In this document: in pieces, positions 18,366 to 27,097 of the stretch
How positions within the stretch are numbered: the stretch's first letter is position 1
Layout: each line of letters begins with the position of its first letter
Assembly (NCBI GenBank): GCA_963770895.1
Contig: CAVYRF010000002.1
Coordinates: 1,920,001 to 1,984,000 of the forward strand
Length of the DNA: 64,000 nucleotides
Direction: 5' to 3'
Source: an uncultured Acidobacteriota bacterium
GTDB taxonomy: Bacteria; Acidobacteriota; Thermoanaerobaculia; Multivoradales; UBA5704
Notes under the pieces: model-generated
The model's input: the letters and a program-made list of their open reading frames with translations, nothing else
The model's database searches: none
Told to the model about the DNA's origin: nothing
Program-made: the position numbers and the translations under genes

Positions 18366-19412
18366 GTGCGAAACCATCCTGCGGCCGGGGTGCTGCTTTG
18401 CGCACTATCGGCGATCGCCTTGCCGTCCCGCGGCGATACGCCGCTCGTGCGCAGCTTCGAACTCCACTACCAGGCCCGCATCCAGGTCCCCGCCGGCGCC
18501 GGCAGCGTCGAGGCATGGCTGCCCTATCCCACCTCCGATGCCCACCAGCAGATCTCCGAGGTGCACGTCGACGCCCCGGTTGCTTTCACCGTCGTCGCCG
18601 GTGACCCGGTGCTGGGCAATTCGATGCTCCACCTGATGGCCCCTGGCGGTTCTGCGGCGCGATCGCTGGCCATTGAAATGGTTTTCAAAGTCGATCGCCA
18701 AGAATATGTGCACCGGGATTTCGCCGCGGCTGCGCCGCCGCCGCCGGGCGTCCTGCCGGACGAGGTTGCGCGCTGGCTGCGTCCCGACCGCCTGGTGCCG
18801 CTCGACGACACCATTCGCCAGCTCGCCAACTCAGTCACCGCCGGCTCTCGCACCGACCTCGACAAGGCGCGCGCGATCTACGACTACGTGGTGGCGACCA
18901 TGGCCTACGACAAGAGCGGCACCGGCTGGGGCAACGGTGACATCTATTGGGCCTGCAGCGCCAAGCGCGGCAACTGCACCGACTTTCACGCTCTCTTCAT
19001 CGGCCTCTGCCGCGCCGCCGGCCTGCCGGCCAAGTTCGAGATCGGCCTGCCGCTCCCGCCCGGCCGCGGCACGGGCGAGATCGCCGGCTATCACTGCTGG
19101 GCTGAGTTCTACCTGCGCGGCTATGGGTGGGTGCCGGTGGACGCCTCAGAAGCCAAAAAGCACCTTGAAAAGAAGGACTACTTCTTCGGCGCCCACGACG
19201 AGAACCGCGTGCAGCTTTCGGCCGGCCGCGACCTGGTTCTGAGCCCCAAGCAGGCGGGCGCTCCGCTCAACTACTTCGTCTATCCCTACGTCGAGGTCGA
19301 TGGCAAACCGTTGCCTGCCCTGGCTGCCGTGTCCGCGGTGGGCGCCGGGGCGGCCAGCGCCACGGCGACCGCCGGTGTTGCCACCACGATCCGTTTCCGT
19401 GACTTGCCCTGA
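18366..19412 (+). CDS. Transglutaminase-like (Cys-His-Asp) protein
   Basis: GGAGGAG then GTG start; GNCTDFH, YHCWAEFY, GWVPVDA. Confidence 0.9.
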   Translation: MRNHPAAGVLLCALSAIALPSRGDTPLVRSFELHYQARIQVPAGAGSVEAWLPYPTSDAHQQISEVHVDAPVAFTVVAGDPVLGNSMLHLMAPGGSAARSLAIEMVFKVDRQEYVHRDFAAAAPPPPGVLPDEVARWLRPDRLVPLDDTIRQLANSVTAGSRTDLDKARAIYDYVVATMAYDKSGTGWGNGDIYWACSAKRGNCTDFHALFIGLCRAAGLPAKFEIGLPLPPGRGTGEIAGYHCWAEFYLRGYGWVPVDASEAKKHLEKKDYFFGAHDENRVQLSAGRDLVLSPKQAGAPLNYFVYPYVEVDGKPLPALAAVSAVGAGAASATATAGVATTIRFRDLP

Positions 19413-19533
19413 AATCCGGCCGCCGGGCGCGGCGCGCCGAGCAGCGGCAGATAGCGTTTCGGCGACAACGCCTGCGCAGACCGCGGATCGACGCCCGCCA
19501 GGCCGGTATCTATCGTATGACGAAGACACACCG

Positions 19534-19557
19534 ATCCACCTCCGCCGCGAGGTGGAT
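19534..19557. terminator. Hairpin between convergent genes
   Basis: ATCCACCTC-n6-GAGGTGGAT, 9-bp stem. Confidence 0.4.
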
Positions 19558-19595
19558 GAGCCCGACCGGCGGGCGGCGCTTGATGAGCGCCCCGG

Positions 19596-19778
19596 TCAGG
19601 GCTCGCAATGCGTTGCGCAGGAGGTGATCGTACCGCCATCGCAAATACAGCAGTCAATGCATTCCCCGGTCTCGTAGCAGGCCAGGCACCAGTTCAGCGC
19701 CGACGCCTTGGGTGCAGAGGCGAGAAGCGCCGCGCCGGCGATCAGGACGACCAGGGCGAACTTGGCCATTCTCTTCAT
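19596..19778 (-). CDS. Small secreted 8-Cys peptide (60 aa)
   Basis: RBS GAGGAGGA. MKRMAKFALVVLIAGAALLASAPKASA|LNWCLACYETGECIDCCICDGGTITSCATHCEP. Confidence 0.8.
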   Translation of the reverse strand: MKRMAKFALVVLIAGAALLASAPKASALNWCLACYETGECIDCCICDGGTITSCATHCEP

Positions 19779-19964
19779 GATTTCCTCCTCAAATCGGCGC
19801 ACCCTGCACCAGTGGCGATCCCGGTCCAGGCGGCCTTGGTTTCGACCTCGATTGTGACTCCACTCAATTGGGTAAGTGCTGCTGGTCGGAGGCATGGCGA
19901 CAGGCGCCGACATGGGCCACCGTTCCCCGCAGCACAGCTTTCGACCGGGGCGCAGTCAGCGTAG

Positions 19965-20022
19965 GCAGACAACTAGTCTGCTCTGCAGACTTATTGACAT
20001 CGCCTTAGTAGTCTGCGATGAT
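19965..20022 (+). promoter_or_regulatory. Sigma70-like promoter with GCAGAC/GTCTGC operator-like inverted repeats
   Basis: TTGACA at 19994-19999 and GATGAT 17 bp later; AGTCTGC-TCT-GCAGACT inverted repeat at 19975-19991; further GCAGAC/GTCTGC copies. Confidence 0.5.
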
Positions 20023-20028
20023 GCATCC

Positions 20029-20823
20029 ATGCGCGGACGAGCGACGCAACCCGTGGACCTCGGCAAGATCGCCTTCCTGACTCGCCGCTTCCGGCACCTG
20101 CAGGGGCTGCGATTGGCGGTTCCGCAGGCGCTTTTGCTCGCGGCTATCAGCTTGCCCCATGCGCGCATCCTGCCGGTAACGTCCGCAGTGCTCCTTGATT
20201 CCACTCTCCTGATCGCCTACCTCGCGCTAAGCCGTTACGGCGCAAAGTACTACGCTGCGCGGCTGGGCGTCGTGCTCCCTCACCGCTCTCCGCTGGACGG
20301 CATCCCGCAGGCGGCCGTGGCAGGCGTACCCTCGCGCCGGCAAGGCGCCGAGGGGGCGGGCTCTCTGCAGATCGATGTGGGGGCCCTTGCGGCGATGGCG
20401 ATCCAGGTGGGCGGATTCAGCCTCTCGATCCTGGCGTTCGGCTTTTTGCTCGCGTTTTTCTACCTCGATCTGGCGCCCAGGTACGATCCCGCGGTCCTGG
20501 CCGCGACGAAAGCCTTCTATCTGCTGGGAGCTACCGCCTTTCTGGGCGACTGGTGCCTGAGCCGGGAGCGCCGCCTCGACCAGATCCATGTGGCTCTTCT
20601 GGGCCTGGGCATCCTGGCCATGGCCGCCTTCAGCGGCCAGCTGCACCTGTTCGATGCCCGGACACCGCATGTGGACTTCTGCTCGGCCGTGCTGATCCTG
20701 AGCGCCGCCGTTGCCATCCGCGGAACCTGCGACCTCCTGCAGCTGCTGCGCGCCTTCCCGCTATCGCCAGATGACGGCGCGGCGGGAGGAGCGCGCTCCG
20801 CCGCAAGCAGCTCGAAGTCCTGA
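20029..20823 (+). CDS. Multi-pass membrane hypothetical protein
   Basis: MRGRATQPVDLGKIAFLTRRFRHLQGLR followed by several hydrophobic segments. Confidence 0.65.
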   Translation: MRGRATQPVDLGKIAFLTRRFRHLQGLRLAVPQALLLAAISLPHARILPVTSAVLLDSTLLIAYLALSRYGAKYYAARLGVVLPHRSPLDGIPQAAVAGVPSRRQGAEGAGSLQIDVGALAAMAIQVGGFSLSILAFGFLLAFFYLDLAPRYDPAVLAATKAFYLLGATAFLGDWCLSRERRLDQIHVALLGLGILAMAAFSGQLHLFDARTPHVDFCSAVLILSAAVAIRGTCDLLQLLRAFPLSPDDGAAGGARSAASSSKS

Positions 20824-20913
20824 GCCCACCCCCTCGTGCCGCCCACCCCCGCCCTGGGGCTCGCCGCGGGCCAGGAATTGTGCTGCTCAGGAGCGTCGAG
20901 AAGTGCCTCTATA

Positions 20914-21966
20914 TCAGCCTTCGGCGGGGAGGTACGAGAAGGTCGGACCCGCGTTGGCTCCCGGGTGTCCTGACAGGGGGTTGCGGATCAGCTCCAGCGC
21001 TTTGTACTTGAGCTCGAACATCGTGCCGACAGCCGGCAGGAGAAGGTCCGGGCGGCCGTCGAAGGCGCCCTGGAGCTGGCGCAGGAGATGCGAGTAGATA
21101 CGGTCGAACGCCTGCGAGGCGTCGCGCAGCTCGCCGGGGGGGAAGTCGTCCGGCCGCAGGTCGTGGAGCATCGGGTAGACGGCGGTGTAGTCGACTGGAA
21201 AGGGTTCTCCCCTGGGCTCGTCGAAGCGGCCGTCGTGGACTGCGTGCCGCTGGTCCGCGGCATAGCGGCGCTGGTATTTGATCTCCATGAAGCGGAAGAA
21301 GTGTGCGAGGTCGCCGTCGCCGTCGTACATCGAGTGGGTGTCGCCCTCGCCCTGGTCGATGATCTGATCGAGGGCTTGCCTGGCGGCGGTGAGGTCGTGG
21401 ACCGGGATCACGGAGCCGCCGCCGCCGTAGTAGTGCTCGGGAGCGACCTGGCGCGCGGGGTCGCCGGCGAAGACTGTGCGCTCGCCGAGCCGCTGCACCA
21501 GGGTTGCCAGTCCGTCGACGATCGCCTGGTAGAACTCGCCCACGGTCCGGTAGGGTCCGAGCTCGGCGACCCACAGCGGGGTGGCCGCGTGGCGCTCGGC
21601 GAGCGCCGGCTCGACGTGCGGACGCGAGGGCTCTTCGATCTTCAGAAAGGTTTCGATCGCCGCTGCGGAAAAAGGGAGCAAATGAACCATGAACTGCCGC
21701 TCGCCGTCCGGGAGGTAGGCGGGATAGCGAGGGACGAAGCCGGGCTCGTCGATCCGCAGGCGGCCGTCGACGGCGTTGAGAACGTTGGCCGCAAGGGTCA
21801 TGTGGAGCATCTCCTCGACCAGGACCGAGCGGAGGATCTGCCCCACCTCGTCGTTGCTCCCCGGTTGCAGGGTGTAGTAGGCGCAGAGGTAAGGCGGCAG
21901 CACCGCCAGCTCCAGCTGGACGGCGGCTTTGAGGTGCCGGCGGAGGTCCTCCAGGGTTTCGATCAT
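20914..21966 (-). CDS. Ferritin-like domain protein (VioB-associated ferritin-like family)
   Basis: AVQLELAVLPPYLCAYYTL, VEEMLHM..AANVLNA, IIDQGEG, AHFFRFMEI. ATG overlaps the GMC stop. Confidence 0.85.
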   Translation of the reverse strand: MIETLEDLRRHLKAAVQLELAVLPPYLCAYYTLQPGSNDEVGQILRSVLVEEMLHMTLAANVLNAVDGRLRIDEPGFVPRYPAYLPDGERQFMVHLLPFSAAAIETFLKIEEPSRPHVEPALAERHAATPLWVAELGPYRTVGEFYQAIVDGLATLVQRLGERTVFAGDPARQVAPEHYYGGGGSVIPVHDLTAARQALDQIIDQGEGDTHSMYDGDGDLAHFFRFMEIKYQRRYAADQRHAVHDGRFDEPRGEPFPVDYTAVYPMLHDLRPDDFPPGELRDASQAFDRIYSHLLRQLQGAFDGRPDLLLPAVGTMFELKYKALELIRNPLSGHPGANAGPTFSYLPAEG

Positions 21967-23825
21967 TGCCCGTTGCTCCTTGCCTGCGCCGGTTCCAGGT
22001 CGCGCAGGATCGACCGCGCCGTCCGGAAGGAGAGGGCGGCCAGGGTGAGCGTGGGGTTCGAGGTGCCGATCGTGGGGAAGCTGCCGCAGCCGACTGCGTA
22101 CAGGTTCGAGTGGTCCCAGGTACGCTGCCAGGAGTCGACCACCGAGCTCCCCTGGGAGGTCCCCATGATGTGGGTGCCGGCGAAGTGGCCGGCGCCGCCC
22201 CACAGCAGCTCCTGGTTGCGCCAGGTGTAGGAGCTGACGAAGCTTCCCGCCGGATTGGTGCGGTCGTCGACTCCCAGCCACTGGAAAAGCCGGGTCGCCA
22301 GCTCGTTGCCCGCCGCCATGCCCGCCGCGACGTAGTCCGAGAAGGCGTATTGGATGACCGGCCGGTAGTTGCCCAGCGGGTCCAGGTATTGCGGGTCGAT
22401 GGTGACCCGGTTGCCGGGATCGGGGGTCTGCTCGATCAGGAACCCGAGGCGCATCTGGCGGGGCACGGTGTCGGCCAGGAAGGCGCGCAGGCGGGGACCG
22501 AACAGGTTGCCCGGATCGACGGCCTGGTCGATCCAGGTTGCCGGCGCGCCGGTGGGCCAGGTCCAGCCGTCGTTGCCGATCTCGATGCGAAACGCCGAGA
22601 GGTCGCGCCGGAAGTCGCCGCCCCGCAGGTCCTCGATCCCGGAGGTCGAGAGCGGACCGCGGTAGGCGCCCGCCGGCTCGGGCAGCAGCCCCCAGCGCAA
22701 GACGACCGGATGGTCCATGAGGTTGCGGCCGACCAGCCCTGAGGATCGTGCCAGGTTCGAGGCGAGGAGCAGCTTGGCGTTTTCGACCGCGTGGGCGGCG
22801 AGCACGTAGATCCGCCCCCTCGCCGTCCGCGTCGTGTGCGCGGGCGAGCTTGGATCGGCGTAGGCCTGGTACTCGATCCCGGTCACCCGGCCGCCGTCGG
22901 GTTCCACCAGGACCCGCGCCGCAACCGCCTGCACCGCGACCGTCAGGCGGTCCCCGTCCGCCTGCGCCAGGCTCTTGAGGGCGTTGTACTTCGCCTGGAT
23001 GGGGCAGATCGGGACGCAGGCGCTGTTGCCGGCGCAGCGCTGGCCGAGGTCCCTGGCCAGATCCTGACCGCGCCGCCGTGGATCGACCGCGCCGACCGGC
23101 CGGTAGCCGCGAGCGCCGTCCGGCGGTCCGTAGCCCTCCGGGTAGCGGTAGTCGGGGTTGGGGATCGAGTTCCGCCCCTGTGGGGTGCTGCGCACCTGGA
23201 GCGCTCGGCGCACGCCGCCGAGCTCGACCGTCCGGCCGTCGATCGTGCGGCCGAGGACCTGGTCGAGCCAGCTCTGGGGAATCTTGCGCATGGGGAAGAC
23301 GTAGTCCTGCGGAAAGCGGATCCCCAGGTACTCCTGCTCGCCGACGTCGGCCGATACGCCGATCTCCATTTCGGCCAGCGCGTAGTCGGCCTGCAGCTCG
23401 TCGTAGCCCAGCGGCCAGTCCAGCCCGACCCCGAAGCGGCTGCGCAGCGCGAAGTCCTCTGGCAGCATGCGCAGGCAGGTGCCCAGCCAGTGGAGCGTCG
23501 TGCCCCCCGCGGTCCGGGTGTAGGTGCTGCCGAAGGTCACCGGTCCCTGCTGTACGAAGTAGCCGGTCCCTGGAATGCCGATGTCGAGCACGTTGGGCTG
23601 CGGCGCGTCGGGGTTGTAGGGGTACGGCGACTCCGGGGTCTTGGCGTTCGCGGTATAGAAGCTCTCGAGGTTGCTCTGGTAGCCGCCCCAGGTCCGGGCG
23701 GTGCCGGTGCCGGCCTCCAGCACCAGCACGCTTTTGCCCGCCCGGGTCAGCGCCCGGGCCAGGATGGCGCCGGCGATCCCGGCGCCGACGATGACGACGT
23801 CGTAGTCCTCTCGGTGGCTGTCCAT
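21963..23825 (-). CDS. GMC family flavoprotein oxidoreductase
   Basis: YDVVIVGAGIAG, GGTTLHW, C-x4-C-x3-CPIQAKY, VGRNLMDH, HFAGTHIMG, NPTLTLAAL. Confidence 0.93.
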   Translation of the reverse strand: MDSHREDYDVVIVGAGIAGAILARALTRAGKSVLVLEAGTGTARTWGGYQSNLESFYTANAKTPESPYPYNPDAPQPNVLDIGIPGTGYFVQQGPVTFGSTYTRTAGGTTLHWLGTCLRMLPEDFALRSRFGVGLDWPLGYDELQADYALAEMEIGVSADVGEQEYLGIRFPQDYVFPMRKIPQSWLDQVLGRTIDGRTVELGGVRRALQVRSTPQGRNSIPNPDYRYPEGYGPPDGARGYRPVGAVDPRRRGQDLARDLGQRCAGNSACVPICPIQAKYNALKSLAQADGDRLTVAVQAVAARVLVEPDGGRVTGIEYQAYADPSSPAHTTRTARGRIYVLAAHAVENAKLLLASNLARSSGLVGRNLMDHPVVLRWGLLPEPAGAYRGPLSTSGIEDLRGGDFRRDLSAFRIEIGNDGWTWPTGAPATWIDQAVDPGNLFGPRLRAFLADTVPRQMRLGFLIEQTPDPGNRVTIDPQYLDPLGNYRPVIQYAFSDYVAAGMAAGNELATRLFQWLGVDDRTNPAGSFVSSYTWRNQELLWGGAGHFAGTHIMGTSQGSSVVDSWQRTWDHSNLYAVGCGSFPTIGTSNPTLTLAALSFRTARSILRDLEPAQARSNGQ

Positions 23826-23842
23826 CGGTCCCTCGCCGCGGG

Positions 23843-24307
23843 TCAGACGTTGGAATCGTTGCGCGGAGGCTGCGCCCAGGTGCCATAGCCGGGCTGGTTG
23901 GCACCCTGGGCGTGGGTTCCGCCGGCAATCCACATCAGACCCTGCGGGTAGGACTGCGGGGACACCACGCGGGTGACGTCGCCGGGCGACACGCCGTGGG
24001 CATCGCGCCAAGCCTGCGGGAGCTCGTTCCAGCTCCCCACATACCAGAGCGTGATCAGGTTGCGGGCGACAGGTCCGAGCCGGGGATCGCCCAGGATGCG
24101 GGTGCGGATGCCCATGTCGAGGTCCCCTGCCTGCTCGATTTCCGAGAAGGTCCGCAGGAGGTCGGAGGTGACGCCGTCCCCCACCACCTCGATCAGGGTC
24201 TGGAAGTAGGTCTGACCCACGCCGGTGCCCTGGAGCTCGACGGCGGAGAAGCCGGTCAGGGCCACCGAGAGCTCATGGAACGTTTGCAACCGAGGATCGT
24301 CCGCCAT
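23843..24307 (-). CDS. Small subunit of FAD-dependent sugar dehydrogenase (sorbitol/gluconate-2-DH subunit-like)
   Basis: F.ELSVALTGF, ARNLITLWYVGSW, Y.QGLMW..H..G..QPGYGTW. Lies directly upstream of the GMC gene; GGAGG RBS. Confidence 0.8.
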   Translation of the reverse strand: MADDPRLQTFHELSVALTGFSAVELQGTGVGQTYFQTLIEVVGDGVTSDLLRTFSEIEQAGDLDMGIRTRILGDPRLGPVARNLITLWYVGSWNELPQAWRDAHGVSPGDVTRVVSPQSYPQGLMWIAGGTHAQGANQPGYGTWAQPPRNDSNV

Positions 24308-24423
24308 GCCTCGCCACCTCCCCGTCGAGCGTCGGGCGCGCCAGCGCCGGCCTGCAGCGTAACGCTGGGAGCCTAGCCGTCGCCTTATTTATTTGCAATG
24401 CCTTATTGCTAAAGGAGGTGCCT

Positions 24424-25884
24424 ATGCGGTTCCGCGGCAAGCTTTTGGGTCTGATCCTGTTGCTGGCTGCCGATGTGATGGCGGGCTGCACCATGAACAA
24501 CGTCCCCGTCACCGGCGGCGGCGGGCCGACCGCCCAGGAAGGTCAATCGGAAACGTCGGTTACTGTCGGGTCGGCGGGCAAGCAGAGCATCGTCAATGTC
24601 AGCTTCAACGACGAGACCGGCACCGAGTCGACGATTCAGTACACCCCCACTTCCCGTATCGTGCAGAGCGGCGCCAGCCTGATGGGCTGGTCCTATTCGA
24701 CCGACGGCGGCAACACCTGGGCCTACGGCGGCAAGGTGAGCCCGCCCAAGGACTGGCCCATCCTGTGGGGCGATCCGGCAAGCACCACCTCGCGCACCAA
24801 CCCGGCCGCGGTCTTCATTTCAAACCTCGCCGTTCCGGCTGCCAACTATCCGGCGGGTGGCGTGGTGAGCCAGAACGGCGGCAGCGGCTTCTACACCGCT
24901 CTCGGCGGCGCCTGCATCGCGAAGTCGAAGGACGGCGGCAAGACCTTCGCCATCTACCAGTGCATCGACAACGCCCAGCACTTCTACGATGGAGGCAGCA
25001 TGGCGGCCGGCCCGGACGGCTCCATCTACGCTGCCTATGTCGATACGGTCACCAGCCAGATCGACGTCTGGAAGGCTGCCAACGAAAACGGCGTCTTCAC
25101 CCTGATGCCGCCGCCCTTCCCCAATCTCGCGATCGGTACCCATCCTCGCCTGCGCGTCGACCAGAACGGCTCCCAGCTCTACGTCGCGGCCCAGGCCGAG
25201 AACCAGGTCGTTTTCATCACCCGCTTCCTCGGACCAGGCTGGGACAGCCCGGTGCCTGCCAGCAACCCGATCGCCTGGTACCCGACGATCAACCTTGCCG
25301 ACCGCGTCCTCCGCACCGGACCGCAGTTCACCTTCGACGTGTCGTCCGCCAGCGTCCTCGGCGGCGACGAAGTGCGCGTGATCTATACCGCCTTCGACTC
25401 CAAGAGCAACCGCTACGTCCTCATGGGGTCGCGCTGCCCGCTGGCCCTCGGCACCTGCTTCGATGTCCCACCCTGGGCCACCACCAACGCCAACTTCACC
25501 ACCCTCCAGGGCGACCAGTTCAACCCCTCTCTCCGCGCCTTCGCCGGCACTTCCCCCAACACGCCCGCGGAGTGGAAGCTCACCTACCTCTCGCGACAAG
25601 AGGACCCCACCGGCAACAGCGTCATCGTCCAGCAGGGCAACCTCGCGGTTATCGGCACCGGCACCCCGGTGCGCATCCTCTTCCCCTTCAAGCTCATCAA
25701 CCCGCTCACCGTGTGCCCCGACACCCGCGGCTACTGGGGCGACTACGAAGGTCTCGAGTTGCTCGGCGTCAATCAAAACGCCCCAACCTTCCTCGCCGCC
25801 TTCACCGACTCCTCGCAGGGCTGCACCCAGCAGTGGGAGTACACCTCCTCCCAGGTCCACGTCAGCGCCACTCCCTTCCAGTGA
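24424..25884 (+). CDS. Secreted BNR/Asp-box (sialidase-like) protein
   Basis: AAAGGAGGT RBS; lipoprotein-like signal (..MAGC); SYSTDGGNTW, KSKDGGKTF, YWGDYEGL. Confidence 0.8.
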   Translation: MRFRGKLLGLILLLAADVMAGCTMNNVPVTGGGGPTAQEGQSETSVTVGSAGKQSIVNVSFNDETGTESTIQYTPTSRIVQSGASLMGWSYSTDGGNTWAYGGKVSPPKDWPILWGDPASTTSRTNPAAVFISNLAVPAANYPAGGVVSQNGGSGFYTALGGACIAKSKDGGKTFAIYQCIDNAQHFYDGGSMAAGPDGSIYAAYVDTVTSQIDVWKAANENGVFTLMPPPFPNLAIGTHPRLRVDQNGSQLYVAAQAENQVVFITRFLGPGWDSPVPASNPIAWYPTINLADRVLRTGPQFTFDVSSASVLGGDEVRVIYTAFDSKSNRYVLMGSRCPLALGTCFDVPPWATTNANFTTLQGDQFNPSLRAFAGTSPNTPAEWKLTYLSRQEDPTGNSVIVQQGNLAVIGTGTPVRILFPFKLINPLTVCPDTRGYWGDYEGLELLGVNQNAPTFLAAFTDSSQGCTQQWEYTSSQVHVSATPFQ

Positions 25885-25920
25885 CGCCGCGATCTGCTCG
25901 AAGCCAAGGAGATCCAGGTC

Positions 25921-26349
25921 ATGAACCCGACCGTTCGGCTCAACCACCGCCGCCACCAGGCCGCCGTCCTCGCCCAGATCCTGGCCGGCGCCCTCGCCCT
26001 CCTCGCCCTGGCCTGCGCGCAGAACCCGCCACCGCAGAGCGTCGCCCCCACAGCCGGCGGGCGTCCGCCAGTCCAGGTCGCCGAAAGACCCATCGGCCCG
26101 GGACCTGAAGTGCCGAAGATGGACATCGCGCCCAGCCACGGCACCTGCGCCCCCGAGAAGAAGACGCCCTTCGCCCTGGTCGCCTGCTGCAACGGCAAAG
26201 AGGCCTGTTCCGGCCAGTGCGTCCACACCGTCGCCGGCGAGGTCGCCTGTGCCTGCTACGAAACTCCCGGCGGCTGCCGCGAAGGCCAGGTCTGCTGCCG
26301 CTTCCGGCACGCCTGCACCGCGGCCCTGGACTGCGCGCCTCCCGAGTGA
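25921..26349 (+). CDS. Cys-rich lipoprotein
   Basis: LALAC lipobox; C-terminal domain with many Cys including CC pairs. Confidence 0.75.
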   Translation: MNPTVRLNHRRHQAAVLAQILAGALALLALACAQNPPPQSVAPTAGGRPPVQVAERPIGPGPEVPKMDIAPSHGTCAPEKKTPFALVACCNGKEACSGQCVHTVAGEVACACYETPGGCREGQVCCRFRHACTAALDCAPPE

Positions 26350-26519
26350 TCCACCCGGCCCGCGAGCGGCCCCACCTTCACGAGTCGTCGCGCGGTTTGC
26401 TCCCAGGGTCAGTCTTCGATCGCCGTCATCGTGATGCGCAGGCGGGGGCAGGGGTCGCCTCTCGCCTGGCACGTCAAGCAGGTATGCTGGCGGCAGCCAT
26501 CCCTTGGAAGGAGCTACCC

Positions 26520-26945
26520 GTGTCGAGAATCGCTCGGAGCATCCGCCGCGTCATCCTCCCGTCGCTCGCCCTGGTCGCCGTCGTCGCCGTAAGCGCGATC
26601 GCCGGCAGCCTGCTGTCCGCAAGAGCCGCCGCCGGTCAGGACGCCGCTGCCGTCAGCCCGACCGTCGTCAAGGTGAAGTTCGCAAACGCCCGCGTCCGCG
26701 TGCTCGAAACCATCAGCCACCCCGGCGACCACGAAGGCTGGCATTCCCATCCCGCCAACATCGTCTACGTGATCGCCGGCGGCAAGCTGCGCATCACTAC
26801 CCCCGACGGCAAGTCCAACGAAGTGGAGTTCAAGACCGGCGATACCCTCTACCGAGATCCCGTCATCCATGCCGCCGAAAACATCGGCACCACCACCCTG
26901 CACGCCATCATCGTCGAGCTCGAGCCGGCCGCGGAAGTCAGGTAG
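26520..26945 (+). CDS. Secreted cupin-domain protein
   Basis: GGAAGGAG then GTG; WHSHP..VYVIAGG, H.AENIG..LH.IIVELE. Confidence 0.85.
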   Translation: MSRIARSIRRVILPSLALVAVVAVSAIAGSLLSARAAAGQDAAAVSPTVVKVKFANARVRVLETISHPGDHEGWHSHPANIVYVIAGGKLRITTPDGKSNEVEFKTGDTLYRDPVIHAAENIGTTTLHAIIVELEPAAEVR

Positions 26946-27041
26946 CGATTGCCGATACCGACCCGAGCCGCGACCGGTCCACATGGCGCCGCCAGCTCGT
27001 TGCTCCCGGTTAGCGCCCGCCTCCATGTGCGCTTGGCTTTG

Positions 27042-27071
27042 CGACCCCCTCTCTCGGTCGAGAGGGGGTCG
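27042..27071. terminator. Perfect 12-bp stem hairpin
   Basis: CGACCCCCTCTC-TCGGTC-GAGAGGGGGTCG. Confidence 0.45.
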
Positions 27072-27097
27072 GTGCAAGGTGGGTTGGAGGAGCGGCC

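Noticed and set aside
21967-23928. Apparent 1004-aa fusion upstream of the ferritin-like domain
   Set aside because: The N-terminal 654 aa overlap the GMC gene out of frame; the real start is MIETLEDL at 21966.
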